Source of the DNA: an uncultured Bacteroidota bacterium
GTDB taxonomy: Bacteria > Bacteroidota > Ignavibacteria > UBA10030 > UBA6906
DNA length: 64,000 nt
Assembly (NCBI GenBank): GCA_963700635.1
Contig: CAVOYH010000003.1
Coordinates: 1,152,001 to 1,216,000 of the forward strand
Direction of reading: 5' to 3'
Positions 54,684 through 64,000 of this stretch are shown piece by piece. The notes under the pieces are model-generated. The model did no database searches. It was not told where the DNA came from and saw only the letters and a list, made by a program, of their open reading frames with translations. Each line of letters opens with the position of its first letter. The stretch's first letter is position 1. Both the position numbers and the translations under genes were made by a program.

Positions 54684-56013
54684 GTATAAACTCGCCTTTG
54701 CCGTAGTTGTTCAACGCGTATTCCGTTCGCGCCACGATTCCGTATGGAAGAAGAAACCGGATACCGCCACCGTATCCGGAGAAGAAGGTGCTGAAAGTGA
54801 GCGGGTCATGCCGGAACCAGGTGGTTCCCGCGTCGGCAAAAAGGGCGAGACTGATGCCAAACTGCCACATCGTGAACTCTTCCGGAAGCAGATCCGTGGG
54901 TAACCTGAATGCCCGGGTCGGGAGGAGCGAAAAACGGAGCTCCATGCTTGACGCGAGCAGGTTTTCTCCCTCCAGAACAGTCCTGAAGTATCCGCGAATT
55001 CGTTCCCCGTACCCGAAATACGTCCGTGCATAGGTGGGCACCACACCGCCTGAGACCACACTTCCGGTGACCCTTCCCGCGAGAGTGAACAGTGAACTGA
55101 ACGGGAGGTACCCGCGCAGATCCAGTCCGAGCCGGGCGAAGTTAACATCAGAAGTACCCAAACCATACTTGGTGAGAGACACTCCAACAAGTCTTCCGCG
55201 GGAAGCGTATTCGCGCAAATCACGTGAATCAAAGAGGTAGCTTGCGGTGACGGAAAAGAAACGGTCGATACCGCTGCCGGACACGGTTCGCAGGGGCCGG
55301 TAGGAGGACACTTCCAGAACCTGGTAGCTGAGACTCAGGTTAACGCTTTCGAAAATGGTAAACCGCTTTCCAACACCCGCCCTGAAGTCGTATTGCAGCT
55401 CATTGAAGTTCCCGGTTGCCTCCGCCTCGATCTCACTTTTGTTTCGCGCCCGGCTGAAGGATGCTGAGGTGGAGAACGAGAGCCGGTGCTTGGTGTCTAT
55501 GAGAGGCTCGCTGAAAGATATGCGTGCTGACGGATCATAACCAAAGATGAAAGACGTAAACAGTTTCTGGTTACGTCCCTGAAAGTTGTTATGGAGAAAT
55601 CCGGCGCCATAATAAACCCTCTTCGGGTCGCCGTCCCGGAAACCGAAAAGCGGAACAGGGAAATAATGCCAGCGTTCACGCACGGAGACCTGGAGGATCC
55701 GATCGTGTGCGAGTGTATCAAGGGAAAGGTCGACGAACGTAAAAAGACCCAGGCTGTATACCCGGGCGCGATCGTATTGCAGGAGATAGGGCGTGATGGG
55801 AATTCCCGGACGGATCGTCATCTCATTCAGGATAACATATTCCTTGGTGGAGGTATTCCCGGAGACGACCACCGAGTCGACTGTTCCCAGGCTCTGAAAA
55901 AACCTCTCTGGATCATCCTGTGCCCTGACGGATGTGCCGAGGAGTATACCTCCCAGCACGACACCACAATAAAGCAGCCACCGGCTGAAGTCGGATCGGA
56001 TTGTTGCGACCAT
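54661..56013 (-). CDS. Omp85/BamA-TamA superfamily protein with single POTRA
   Basis: Signal peptide, GNTSTKEYVILNE...LGLF, NFQGRNQ, RIRGY, FADAG, terminal F. Confidence 0.82.
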   Translation of the reverse strand: MVATIRSDFSRWLLYCGVVLGGILLGTSVRAQDDPERFFQSLGTVDSVVVSGNTSTKEYVILNEMTIRPGIPITPYLLQYDRARVYSLGLFTFVDLSLDTLAHDRILQVSVRERWHYFPVPLFGFRDGDPKRVYYGAGFLHNNFQGRNQKLFTSFIFGYDPSARISFSEPLIDTKHRLSFSTSASFSRARNKSEIEAEATGNFNELQYDFRAGVGKRFTIFESVNLSLSYQVLEVSSYRPLRTVSGSGIDRFFSVTASYLFDSRDLREYASRGRLVGVSLTKYGLGTSDVNFARLGLDLRGYLPFSSLFTLAGRVTGSVVSGGVVPTYARTYFGYGERIRGYFRTVLEGENLLASSMELRFSLLPTRAFRLPTDLLPEEFTMWQFGISLALFADAGTTWFRHDPLTFSTFFSGYGGGIRFLLPYGIVARTEYALNNYGKGEFILDFRTPF

Positions 56014-56023
56014 GCGTACGGGT

Positions 56024-56803
56024 CTATAAGTCGAGTTCGGCGAGCGCCTGATTGGCCGCAGCTTGCTCGGCTTCCTTTTTGTTTTTGCCTGATCCGGTTC
56101 CCCGCCGCTCGTTCCGGAGAAACACTTCGACGGTAAACGTGCGGTCGTGGTCCGGCCCGTCTTCCTTCATGATCACATAACGCGGAACGCCGAACCCATG
56201 GGATTGGGCGTATTCCAGGAGTCGGCTCTTGTAGTTCTCATCGGCTGTGGCCACCGAACCGCGGTAGAGCGCAGCAATCACCTGCCGCTCGACAAACTCT
56301 CGAGCTGCATTGAACCCGCTGTCAAGATAAATAGCCGCCACAAGGGCTTCGAACGTATCCGAGACAATGGTGTCGTATCCCTTGCCCACGGACTGCGCTG
56401 CGCTGGGGCTCATCAGGATGAAGGTGGAAAGCTGGAGCTCCCGTCCGTACGCGGCAAGGGCTTTGCGGTTGACCAGGCGCGACCGGTATTTTGTCAGATC
56501 ACCCTCGGGAGCACGGGGATACTTGCGATAGAGGTACTCGCCCACAATGAGGTTCAGCACTGAATCGCCAAGGAATTCGAGTCGTTCGTTCGAAGGGGAT
56601 GGCAGATCCGCCTGCTGGGGGAAGGAGCGGTGCAGGAGCGCCTGGACAAAAAGCTCTTTCCGGCGGACGCGGTAGTTGAGAGTCCGCTCCAGTTTTCGGA
56701 GTGTACAATCATCAATGGACGCCGGATGGTCATTGATAACCTCCGGGTTCGTGGTGCGGGAGCGGCTAAACAGATCCCGTATAAACCGTCCGGCACGCAG
56801 CAT
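56024..56803 (-). CDS. rnc: Ribonuclease III
   Basis: NERLEFLGDSVL, DTFEA, dsRBD. Confidence 0.97.
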   Translation of the reverse strand: MLRAGRFIRDLFSRSRTTNPEVINDHPASIDDCTLRKLERTLNYRVRRKELFVQALLHRSFPQQADLPSPSNERLEFLGDSVLNLIVGEYLYRKYPRAPEGDLTKYRSRLVNRKALAAYGRELQLSTFILMSPSAAQSVGKGYDTIVSDTFEALVAAIYLDSGFNAAREFVERQVIAALYRGSVATADENYKSRLLEYAQSHGFGVPRYVIMKEDGPDHDRTFTVEVFLRNERRGTGSGKNKKEAEQAAANQALAELDL

Positions 56804-56811
56804 TCCAGGGA

Positions 56812-58062
56812 TCAGTCCATTGTGTACTTCTTGAATAACAGGGTAGCATTATGTCCGCCAAAGCCGAAGGTATTGCTCAGAGCATAACGGATATCCCGTT
56901 TCACCGGGGTGTTCGGCGTATAGTTGAGATCACATGCCGGATCCGGGAACTCGTAGTTGATCGTCGGCGGGACGATGGCGTACTTCACGGCGAGAATGGC
57001 GGCAATAGCCTCGACTGCTCCGGCGGCTCCGAGGAGATGGCCGGTCATCGATTTTGTGGAGCTGATACTCATCCGCCACGCATGATCGCCGAAGGTCGTC
57101 TTGATCGCTGCGGTTTCGCTTGCATCATTGAGCGGTGTTGATGTGCCGTGCGCATTGACGTAGTCAACGAAGTCCGGGGTGATGCCGGCATCCTTGATTG
57201 CGCGCCGCATGGACCGGACCGCGCCTTCGCCCCCTTCGGGAGGTGCGGTGATATGATGGGCATCTGCGGTGAATCCGATACCGACCATTTCGCAATAGAT
57301 CTTCGCACCCCTTTTTTTGGCGAATTCGAGTTCTTCCAGGATAAGCGCTCCGCCTCCTTCGCCCATCACAAAGCCGTCCCGCTGGAGGTCAAAAGGACGG
57401 CTGGCCTTCGCCGGGTCATCATTGCGTGCCGAGATAGCTCTCATGTTGTTAAAACCGCCAAGGCCCATGGGGGTAATCGGGGCTTCCGATCCTCCGCACA
57501 CCATCGCATCCGCATCGCCGTATTGTACGATCCGGTAGGCATCCCCGATAGCATGGGATGCCGTGGCACACGCCGAGACGGTGGCATAGTTCGGACCCTT
57601 GAAGCCATGTCTTATGGAGATGTTGCCGGCGGCGATATCCGGGATGAGCATGGGGATGAAGAACGGACTGATGCGCCGTGGTCCACCCTCCATGTAGTTC
57701 GTAAACTGTGCGTCGTAGGTGGTCATGCCCCCAATGCCCGAACCAAAGACCACGCCAATGCGGTCGGGGTCTGTATCCTTTGCCAGAAGGCCCGCGTCGC
57801 GAACCGCCATATCAGAAGAGATCACCGCATACTGTGAGAATGGATCCATCCGTTGCACTGCTTTTCGGTCAAGGAAATCATTGGCCTTGAATCCCTTCAG
57901 CTCGCATCCGAAATGGGTGTCATATGCACTTGTATCAAAATACGTGATGGGTGCGGCGCCGCTGGCGCCGCGCATCATCGCATCCCAATACTCCTCCGCG
58001 TTGAGTCCGATAGGCGTCAACGCGCCCATTCCCGTAACAACAACTCTGCGTTTACCATTCAT
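56812..58062 (-). CDS. fabF: Beta-ketoacyl-ACP synthase II
   Basis: [25 protein letters not shown]. Confidence 0.97.
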   Translation of the reverse strand: MNGKRRVVVTGMGALTPIGLNAEEYWDAMMRGASGAAPITYFDTSAYDTHFGCELKGFKANDFLDRKAVQRMDPFSQYAVISSDMAVRDAGLLAKDTDPDRIGVVFGSGIGGMTTYDAQFTNYMEGGPRRISPFFIPMLIPDIAAGNISIRHGFKGPNYATVSACATASHAIGDAYRIVQYGDADAMVCGGSEAPITPMGLGGFNNMRAISARNDDPAKASRPFDLQRDGFVMGEGGGALILEELEFAKKRGAKIYCEMVGIGFTADAHHITAPPEGGEGAVRSMRRAIKDAGITPDFVDYVNAHGTSTPLNDASETAAIKTTFGDHAWRMSISSTKSMTGHLLGAAGAVEAIAAILAVKYAIVPPTINYEFPDPACDLNYTPNTPVKRDIRYALSNTFGFGGHNATLLFKKYTMD

Positions 58063-58125
58063 AATCACTCTCTGATTTCATCGCGATTCATCACATCCCG
58101 GCCGCAATGGGGTGGGACTGCTGGA

Positions 58126-58362
58126 TCAAGCGGATTTGCCCTGAATATATTTGATGGCATCCCCGACGGTGGCAATTTTTTCCGCGTCTTCATCGGGAAT
58201 CTGGAGGTTGAACGCCTTCTCGAACTCCATCACAAGTTCAACCGTATCGAGAGAATCGGCGCCCAGGTCATTCGTGAATGACGCCTCGGGGGTGACCTGT
58301 CCGTCATCCACGCCGAGTTTATTGACGATGATTTCTTTGACTTTTGCAGCAATATCTGCCAT
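58126..58362 (-). CDS. acpP: Acyl carrier protein
   Basis: [12 protein letters not shown]. Confidence 0.98.
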   Translation of the reverse strand: MADIAAKVKEIIVNKLGVDDGQVTPEASFTNDLGADSLDTVELVMEFEKAFNLQIPDEDAEKIATVGDAIKYIQGKSA

Positions 58363-58425
58363 GATGCAACCTCCTGTGTGATTGTGGGATTACAGCAACA
58401 TTAATGATACTCGGGCGGCGGGTGA

Positions 58426-59172
58426 TTACATCGTCATCCCGCCGTCAATTGCAAGAACCTGTCCGGTGATATAATCGGCCCGTGAGGAAGCCAGAAACGT
58501 GACGACGCCGGCAACCTCTTCCGGTTTGCATCCGCGGCGCAACGGGATGACGCTCAGAAAGGCCGTACGCTGATCTTCCGTGAGCACCGCGGTCATTTCC
58601 GTTTCAACGAATCCCGGGGCAATAGCATTTACCGTGATGTTGCGGGCGGCCAGTTCTTTCGCCGCTGATTTTGTAAGACCGATCAAACCTGCCTTGGATG
58701 CCGCATAATTGCTCTGCCCCACATTGCCCATAAGTCCGACCACCGAACTCACGTTGATGATTTTTCCCTTGCGCTGCCGCATCATAATCCTGCTTACGGC
58801 CCGCGTCGTGATGAAGGAGCCTTTTAGATTTACTGTCAGGACTGCATCCCATTCTTCATCCGACATACGTACCAGCAGCTTGTCACGTGTTATGCCGGCA
58901 TTGTTCACCAGCACATCAATCCGGCCCAGCTCGGCAACCACCTCATCACATGCCTTTTCTGTAGCAGGGGTGTTTGTAATGTCCACGGCCTTTGATACCA
59001 CCGTACATCCCGAACTCTTGAGGCTATCGACAAAACCCTGAAAATCATCAGGGAAGGCCCTATCGAAGATCGCTACATGGGCGCCTTCTTCCACAAACGC
59101 CCGGGCAATAGCCCGCCCGATACCGCGGCCTCCGCCGGTTACAACGGCAACCTGATCTCGAAGCTGGTCCAT
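58426..59172 (-). CDS. fabG: 3-oxoacyl-ACP reductase
   Basis: TGGGRGIG, NNAGITRD, YAASK. Confidence 0.96.
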   Translation of the reverse strand: MDQLRDQVAVVTGGGRGIGRAIARAFVEEGAHVAIFDRAFPDDFQGFVDSLKSSGCTVVSKAVDITNTPATEKACDEVVAELGRIDVLVNNAGITRDKLLVRMSDEEWDAVLTVNLKGSFITTRAVSRIMMRQRKGKIINVSSVVGLMGNVGQSNYAASKAGLIGLTKSAAKELAARNITVNAIAPGFVETEMTAVLTEDQRTAFLSVIPLRRGCKPEEVAGVVTFLASSRADYITGQVLAIDGGMTM

Positions 59173-59208
59173 ACTTCTCCAGTTGTCTTTTTGGTCCAAA
59201 GCTGAACG

Positions 59209-59817
59209 TTAATGAGTAATATTACCAGAACCAAGTTCTTTTTCAAGACCCTGGTAGTGCTCTTCCAGAATGGCATATCCATCTTCGCCGATCAGGTGAA
59301 CAAGTTCGGCCCGGCATGCCCGGAACAGGGGAACTTCATATTCCGGCTTGATCGAGCAACATCGTTGTTCTCCCTGGAGCATCGGATCAAACCCGACAAC
59401 CCCATCGGAAATTTCGATGGGGAAGAGGATACAGTACATGGGCTTCCAGGCCCAGCGGTCGAGCCCCGCTTCAACGGCGGCCAGTTGAATTGCACATCTG
59501 CCCATTTTGTCAAGAAACACACACTTGTTCTCATGGACCTGCGTGCCGATGGCCCGTCCGGAAGGAAAATCAGCGTCATCGTGTTCGTCATCTGCGAACC
59601 AGACGGAGACATCACGGGTTTGTGTTTCATCCATTTGACCGGCGATTGCGTCCCTGTGTGCCAGGATCGTGTCCCGCTCGTTAATGTCAATGTATACACC
59701 GCTTGTGCAGCATTCGGATGTGCATGAGCACGGGCTATGGCCTGCCGGAAACCCGCTTTCAAACATTTCGCTGGAGAACGTGAGGGGCCCGATCTGCACG
59801 GTAGACTGTTCGCTCAC
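59209..59817 (-). CDS. Cys-rich DUF3109-like protein
   Basis: CSCTSECC..G, CVFL...CAIQ, KPMYCILFP; GTGA overlap with fabD stop. Confidence 0.78.
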   Translation of the reverse strand: MSEQSTVQIGPLTFSSEMFESGFPAGHSPCSCTSECCTSGVYIDINERDTILAHRDAIAGQMDETQTRDVSVWFADDEHDDADFPSGRAIGTQVHENKCVFLDKMGRCAIQLAAVEAGLDRWAWKPMYCILFPIEISDGVVGFDPMLQGEQRCCSIKPEYEVPLFRACRAELVHLIGEDGYAILEEHYQGLEKELGSGNITH

Positions 59818-60737
59818 ACGTCCCCCCGGAGAGCAGTAACGTCCGACCACTTGTCGAATCCTCCTGTTTGCACGGCGGGGGCGATACGCTTAACGAGTCC
59901 CTGGAGCACTTTACCGGGCCCGATCTCGTAAAAAACATCCGCGCCGTCACGCACCATATTTCGAATAGTCTGTTCCCAGCGAACAGGGCTCGTGAGTTGT
60001 TGATACAAAAGATCCCGGATATCGGATGCTTTGGTCACCGGTTCAGCCGTGACATTCGCATACACGGGAACGCGGGCATCGTTGATGGATGTCGCATCGA
60101 GTGCGGCCTTCAGTCCTACTTTTGCACTGTGCATCAGCGGAGAATGGAACGCACCGCTGACGACGAGTTCTTTCACCATCTTTGCGCCTCTGGTGCGGGC
60201 CAGTTCCATTGCCGCGTGTACTCCCGCCAGAGATCCGGAGATCACGATCTGTCCGGGAGAGTTATAATTGGCCGGTTGAACAATTCCGGACGCGCTTGCT
60301 TCGCGGCAGACTTCTTCCGTCACCTCCGGCGATAATCCCACAATGGCGGCCATGGTGCCTTTCTGTTCTTCACCCGCGTGTTGCATCAGTTCGCCGCGCA
60401 GGCGCACGAGGCGGAGTCCGTCTGAGAAGCTCAGTGCACCTGCGGCCACAAGCGCGGAGTATTCTCCAAGAGAATGGCCGGCCACCATACGGGGAGTATG
60501 CCGGCCGATTGCACCGGCGGCAACCAGACTGTGCAGGAAGATAGCCGGTTGCGTATTGCTCGTCTGCCGGAGCAGATCCTCAGGGCCGTCAAAACAGACA
60601 CTGCTCAACGACGAGCCAAGCAGGCGATCCGCCTCTGCGATGGTGGCTTTGGATCGGTCGTCGTGTTCATAGAAGTCCCGTGCCATACCGACGTACTGGG
60701 ATCCCTGACCGGGGAATATGTAGGCTATCATGGACAT
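59814..60737 (-). CDS. fabD: Malonyl-CoA:ACP transacylase
   Basis: FPGQGSQ, GHSLGEY, GAFHS. Confidence 0.97.
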   Translation of the reverse strand: MSMIAYIFPGQGSQYVGMARDFYEHDDRSKATIAEADRLLGSSLSSVCFDGPEDLLRQTSNTQPAIFLHSLVAAGAIGRHTPRMVAGHSLGEYSALVAAGALSFSDGLRLVRLRGELMQHAGEEQKGTMAAIVGLSPEVTEEVCREASASGIVQPANYNSPGQIVISGSLAGVHAAMELARTRGAKMVKELVVSGAFHSPLMHSAKVGLKAALDATSINDARVPVYANVTAEPVTKASDIRDLLYQQLTSPVRWEQTIRNMVRDGADVFYEIGPGKVLQGLVKRIAPAVQTGGFDKWSDVTALRGDV

Positions 60738-60752
60738 GGTTTTGTTGCTGTG

Positions 60753-61757
60753 TTATCCCTTATTCTCAGCGGTCCAGCGTATTAGTATCGATCCCCATGT
60801 GTAGCCCGCGCCGAAGGCAGCAAGCACAACCGTTTGGCCCTTACGAAGTTTTCCGGCCTGCCACCATTCAGAGAGACACAAAGGGATTGTTGCCGCTGTG
60901 GTATTGCCGTAGCGATTGATATTGATCATGACCTTACTTTTGTCGATCCCTATACGAGAGGCCGTGGCATCGATGATGCGCAGATTTGCCTGATGGGGAA
61001 CAAGCCAATCAACATCGTGGCCGGTCATGGAGTTGCGTTCGACAATTTCAGCGGAGACGTCGGCCATACCGACGACGGCCACCTTAAAGACGGCTTTCCC
61101 GTCCTGATACAAATAGTGCATCCGCTTGTCAACGGTTTCATGGGTAGGCGGGTTGAGGCTTCCGCCTCCCTGCATGTTCAAATACCGTTCGCCGGAACCA
61201 TCACAGCGTAGTATGTGATCCAGGATGCCGCCGGATTCATCATCCGTCGGTTCCAGCAGCACTGCTGCGCCAGCGTCTCCGAAGAGGATGCAGTTATTCC
61301 GATCCGTATAGTCCGTGATGGAACTCATTTTGTCCGCACCCACAACAACAACCCGTTTATAGGCACCGGTTTCGATGAACTGCGCTCCGGTCATGAGTGC
61401 AAAGAGGAACCCCGAGCAGGCAGCCGAGAGATCAAAACCCCACGCATTTGTTGCCTGGACTTTTTCCTGTATCAGGCATGCCGTTGACGGAAAGAACATA
61501 TCGGGAGTGACCGTTGCCACGATAATCAGGTCGATGGCGTCGGCGGCCATCCCCCTGTTTTTCAGCATTGCGGTAATGGCGCCAGCGCCAAGGTCAGACG
61601 TTGCACCCTGTTCGAGGATGCGGCGTTCTTCAATACCCGTTCGTGTTCGGATCCACTCATCGGTGGTATCCACCATCTTCTCAAAGTCAAAATTAGAGAG
61701 GATCTTATCCGGGACGTAGTGCCCGACTGAAGTTATTGTTGCTCGGCGTTTAGGCAT
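60753..61757 (-). CDS. fabH: Beta-ketoacyl-ACP synthase III
   Basis: AACSGF, PHQANLRI, GNTTAA. Confidence 0.97.
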   Translation of the reverse strand: MPKRRATITSVGHYVPDKILSNFDFEKMVDTTDEWIRTRTGIEERRILEQGATSDLGAGAITAMLKNRGMAADAIDLIIVATVTPDMFFPSTACLIQEKVQATNAWGFDLSAACSGFLFALMTGAQFIETGAYKRVVVVGADKMSSITDYTDRNNCILFGDAGAAVLLEPTDDESGGILDHILRCDGSGERYLNMQGGGSLNPPTHETVDKRMHYLYQDGKAVFKVAVVGMADVSAEIVERNSMTGHDVDWLVPHQANLRIIDATASRIGIDKSKVMININRYGNTTAATIPLCLSEWWQAGKLRKGQTVVLAAFGAGYTWGSILIRWTAENKG

Positions 61758-62802
61758 CGGTGCGCGTCAGCTTTTCCTGTATGTGTGTATTGACCATCTT
61801 ATGGATGATTTCTTCGGCCCGGAAAATCATATTCTTGATGGCTTTGGGTGATGACTTGCCATGGCCGATAATGACGACGCCATTCACACCGAGAAGAGGA
61901 ACGCCGCCATGTTCCTGGTAGTCCATCTCTTTCATCACGCGGCGAAGGCCGTTTCTGGCGAGCAGGGCAATCATGGAATTCCAGAGACTGGCTTTCGCAA
62001 AGGTCTGGAATTTTGCCTTGAAGAAGTGCGGCACACTTTCTCCGAACTTCAGAAGGACATTGCCGGCAAAGCCGTCGCACACAACCACATCCAGCTCTCC
62101 GCTCAGGATATCCCGTCCCTCGACGTTGCCGACGAAATGTAGTCCGCTCTTCCGGAGAAGTTTGAGAGCGGCCAGACTTGCCTCGTTCCCTTTGGAGTCT
62201 TCTTCGCCGATACTCAGGAGGCCTACCTTAGGATTTGCAATGTTTCGTATGGCCCCCACGTAAATAGATCCCATGATAGCGAATTCCAGCAGGTGCTGCG
62301 GGCGGCAATCAACATTGGCTCCCGCATCGAGCAACAGACAGGGTTCCTTGGCCGTCGGGAGAAGCGCGCCAATCGTTGGGCGTCCGATACCACTGATCCG
62401 CCCGAGGATCAATGTCGCCGCGGAAAGCACGGCGCCGGTGTTGCCCGCGCTGACGAAGGCATCAACCGCGCCATCCCGGTGATGATGCAGCCCGACGCTG
62501 ATGGATGACCGGCGTTTTGTCTTGAGCGCCGCCATCGCGGAATCTTGCATATCAATAACTTCGGGGGCATCGATGATAGAGTAGTGCTCCTCGGAAGGAA
62601 CACACCCTCCGGGTAGTGCTCCCTGCGCACGGACTGCAGCCTGGAGTGTTGCCTCTGGGCCGAAGAGGGCTATCCGGAAACGTCCTCCGGTTTCGTGGAG
62701 GGCCTGGCAGGCGCCGGTCACGACATTCGCCGGAGCGTAGTCCCCACCCATTGCATCGACAGCAATAGTTATGTGCTTAGCCTGGGAGGTCAATGAGCAC
62801 AC
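61750..62802 (-). CDS. plsX: Phosphate acyltransferase PlsX
   Basis: DAMGGD, SAGNTGA, GNVEGRD, GHGKS; start approximate. Confidence 0.96.
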   Translation of the reverse strand: MCSLTSQAKHITIAVDAMGGDYAPANVVTGACQALHETGGRFRIALFGPEATLQAAVRAQGALPGGCVPSEEHYSIIDAPEVIDMQDSAMAALKTKRRSSISVGLHHHRDGAVDAFVSAGNTGAVLSAATLILGRISGIGRPTIGALLPTAKEPCLLLDAGANVDCRPQHLLEFAIMGSIYVGAIRNIANPKVGLLSIGEEDSKGNEASLAALKLLRKSGLHFVGNVEGRDILSGELDVVVCDGFAGNVLLKFGESVPHFFKAKFQTFAKASLWNSMIALLARNGLRRVMKEMDYQEHGGVPLLGVNGVVIIGHGKSSPKAIKNMIFRAEEIIHKMVNTHIQEKLTRTDA

Positions 62803-62835
62803 TACTGATTGTCGGAATCTGTCCGGATAACCGAA

Positions 62836-63018
62836 TCAGGAGGATTTCGGGACGATGATGGAACGGCCGTTGTAGAAGCCACAATTCGGGCATACCCGAT
62901 GGGGGAGTTTCTGCGTGTGGCAATTGGGGCATTCCGAAACCGCGGGTGCCGTGGCCTTGTAGTGTGTGCGGCGTTTGCGTCCACGGGTCTTTGAATGGCG
63001 TCGTTTTGGATTCGGCAT
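62836..63018 (-). CDS. rpmF: 50S ribosomal protein L32
   Basis: [12 protein letters not shown]...CPNC...[10 protein letters not shown]. Confidence 0.97.
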   Translation of the reverse strand: MPNPKRRHSKTRGRKRRTHYKATAPAVSECPNCHTQKLPHRVCPNCGFYNGRSIIVPKSS

Positions 63019-63050
63019 GGTACACGCTCCTGTAATTTACTACCGTATGC

Positions 63051-63554
63051 TCAGTTTTCTTTCTGAAAGAAGTCTCGTAACCCGTCCCAGCGCGTGTCAG
63101 TCTCTCCAGCCGGGCAACCGCAGGGTCCGCTGTTCAAATCTTTCCCGCATCGCGGACAAAGCCCCCGGCACTCTTTTCTGCAGAGAAGCTTCAGCGGGAT
63201 GGAAAGGAGAACAGTCTGCCGGACGTCGTCTGCGAGGTCAATGATCGGTAAACCGGGAGGAAGAATCTGCACCTCCGACGGATCAAAGCCCTGGGCATCA
63301 GTTTCGTCCGCAACATAATTCATCCGATATTCCGGGGTCAGGACCAGGTCGAACTGCGCCGTGCACCGGTCGCAGTAAAACGCACCCGACGTCTGTATCC
63401 GTGCCCGCAGGAAAAGCTGCTTCCCGGTCTTGTCCAGAGTAGCATCTATCTTGACCGGGTTGACAAGTCCGTCCCCCAGTGTAATGTCCGCGGCGTCTAC
63501 CTCGAAATGATACTCGTGTGTACCCTCCGAAAGACTCCCGATCTGAATTCTCAT
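63051..63554 (-). CDS. yceD: YceD/DUF177 family protein
   Basis: CDRC, LCRKECRGLCPRCG, upstream of rpmF. Confidence 0.92.
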   Translation of the reverse strand: MRIQIGSLSEGTHEYHFEVDAADITLGDGLVNPVKIDATLDKTGKQLFLRARIQTSGAFYCDRCTAQFDLVLTPEYRMNYVADETDAQGFDPSEVQILPPGLPIIDLADDVRQTVLLSIPLKLLCRKECRGLCPRCGKDLNSGPCGCPAGETDTRWDGLRDFFQKEN

Positions 63555-63622
63555 CGTTTCCTGCCAGACGCTCAAATGGGGCTCGTTAGCCCCATTCTCA
63601 ATTCGAACCGAAAAAGTATGAC

Positions 63623-63651
63623 AATGTACCGAGAAATCTCTTGAGAGTCAA
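63623..63651 (-). promoter_or_regulatory. Sigma70 promoter of yceD-rpmF-fab operon
   Basis: TTGACT-17-TACATT on minus strand. Confidence 0.65.
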
Positions 63652-63694
63652 GATTCCGGTGGGCGGAGAGCAGGGAGGATCAAGGAAGCAAGAC

Positions 63695-63731
63695 GCGGCC
63701 CCCCGGGCTGGTGGTTACCCCGGGGAGTCGC
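63695..63731 (-). terminator. GC-rich hairpin downstream of DUF3276 gene
   Basis: CCCCGGG/CCCGGGG stem with GCGGC/GTCGC extension; weak U tract. Confidence 0.45.
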
Positions 63732-63757
63732 AAGAGAAGCGCGGAGTTCGATGAAAG

Positions 63758-64000
63758 TTAGCGGACTTCTACGCTATGATCCAGAAGCTGTGTCTGGACA
63801 TGCTCAACCGTTTCTGCGAGGGCCTCCTTGAACTTCTCAAAATCCTCCTTGTAGAGGAAGATCTTGTGCTTCTCGTATTCGTCATCACCGACACGTTTGC
63901 TCTCCGTAATCGTGATGTAGAAGTCTTTTTCGGACTTTGTCGCTTTTACGTCGAAGAAATAGGTCCGTTTCCCCGCCCTCACGCGTTTCGTGAAGATTTC
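63758..64000 (-). CDS. DUF3276/PUR-family nucleic-acid-binding protein (5' truncated)
   Basis: RAGKRTYFFDVK...ITESK...KHKIFLYKEDF. Confidence 0.92.
   Translation of the reverse strand, partial: EIFTKRVRAGKRTYFFDVKATKSEKDFYITITESKRVGDDEYEKHKIFLYKEDFEKFKEALAETVEHVQTQLLDHSVEVR

Noticed and set aside
1-64000. Mobile elements, prophage, defence systems, tRNA/rRNA
   Set aside because: No transposase, integrase, phage or defence motifs and no recognisable stable-RNA genes; intergenic gaps are short.

Overview
Gene-dense, GC-rich chromosomal segment. The bat operon, gldA/F/G, DUF3276, DUF3109 and the TonB receptor, together with E. coli-like TTGnnn-17-TAnnnT promoters and Shine-Dalgarno sites, suggest an Ignavibacteria/Chlorobi-Bacteroidota relative (inference). 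No rRNA, tRNA, CRISPR, prophage or IS element was seen. Contents in order: batABCDE; lipoate ligase divergent from an aceE-aceF-lpdA PDH operon; exported glutathione peroxidase; DksA/TraR-like gene and a motif-divergent OTC-family transcarbamylase; DUF6600-like protein; gldAFG-DUF4340 ABC system; orphan groES; an unannotated 49-aa ORF with a sigma54-type promoter; csp; nitrilase; queF; thioredoxin lipoprotein; two large TPR/coiled-coil genes; a Tat-exported glycosidase-like gene; pfkA; a minus-strand repair/envelope/degenerate-GGDEF run; a TPP-riboswitch TonB-thiN-SSS operon; an NtrC-family regulator; add-sixA-DUF355 leading into a hut/ftcD cluster; and the yceD-rpmF-plsX-fab-acp-rnc operon. 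Three genes (lpdA, gldA, a PP2C) carry single-base insertions that are most likely sequencing errors. The best novelty candidates are the add-sixA-DUF355 putative phosphohistidine module, the altered-specificity transcarbamylase, the TPR/coiled-coil pair, the sigma54 small protein, the Rid lipoprotein and the SSS-type thiamine uptake operon. All family assignments are from motif recognition; no database search was run.
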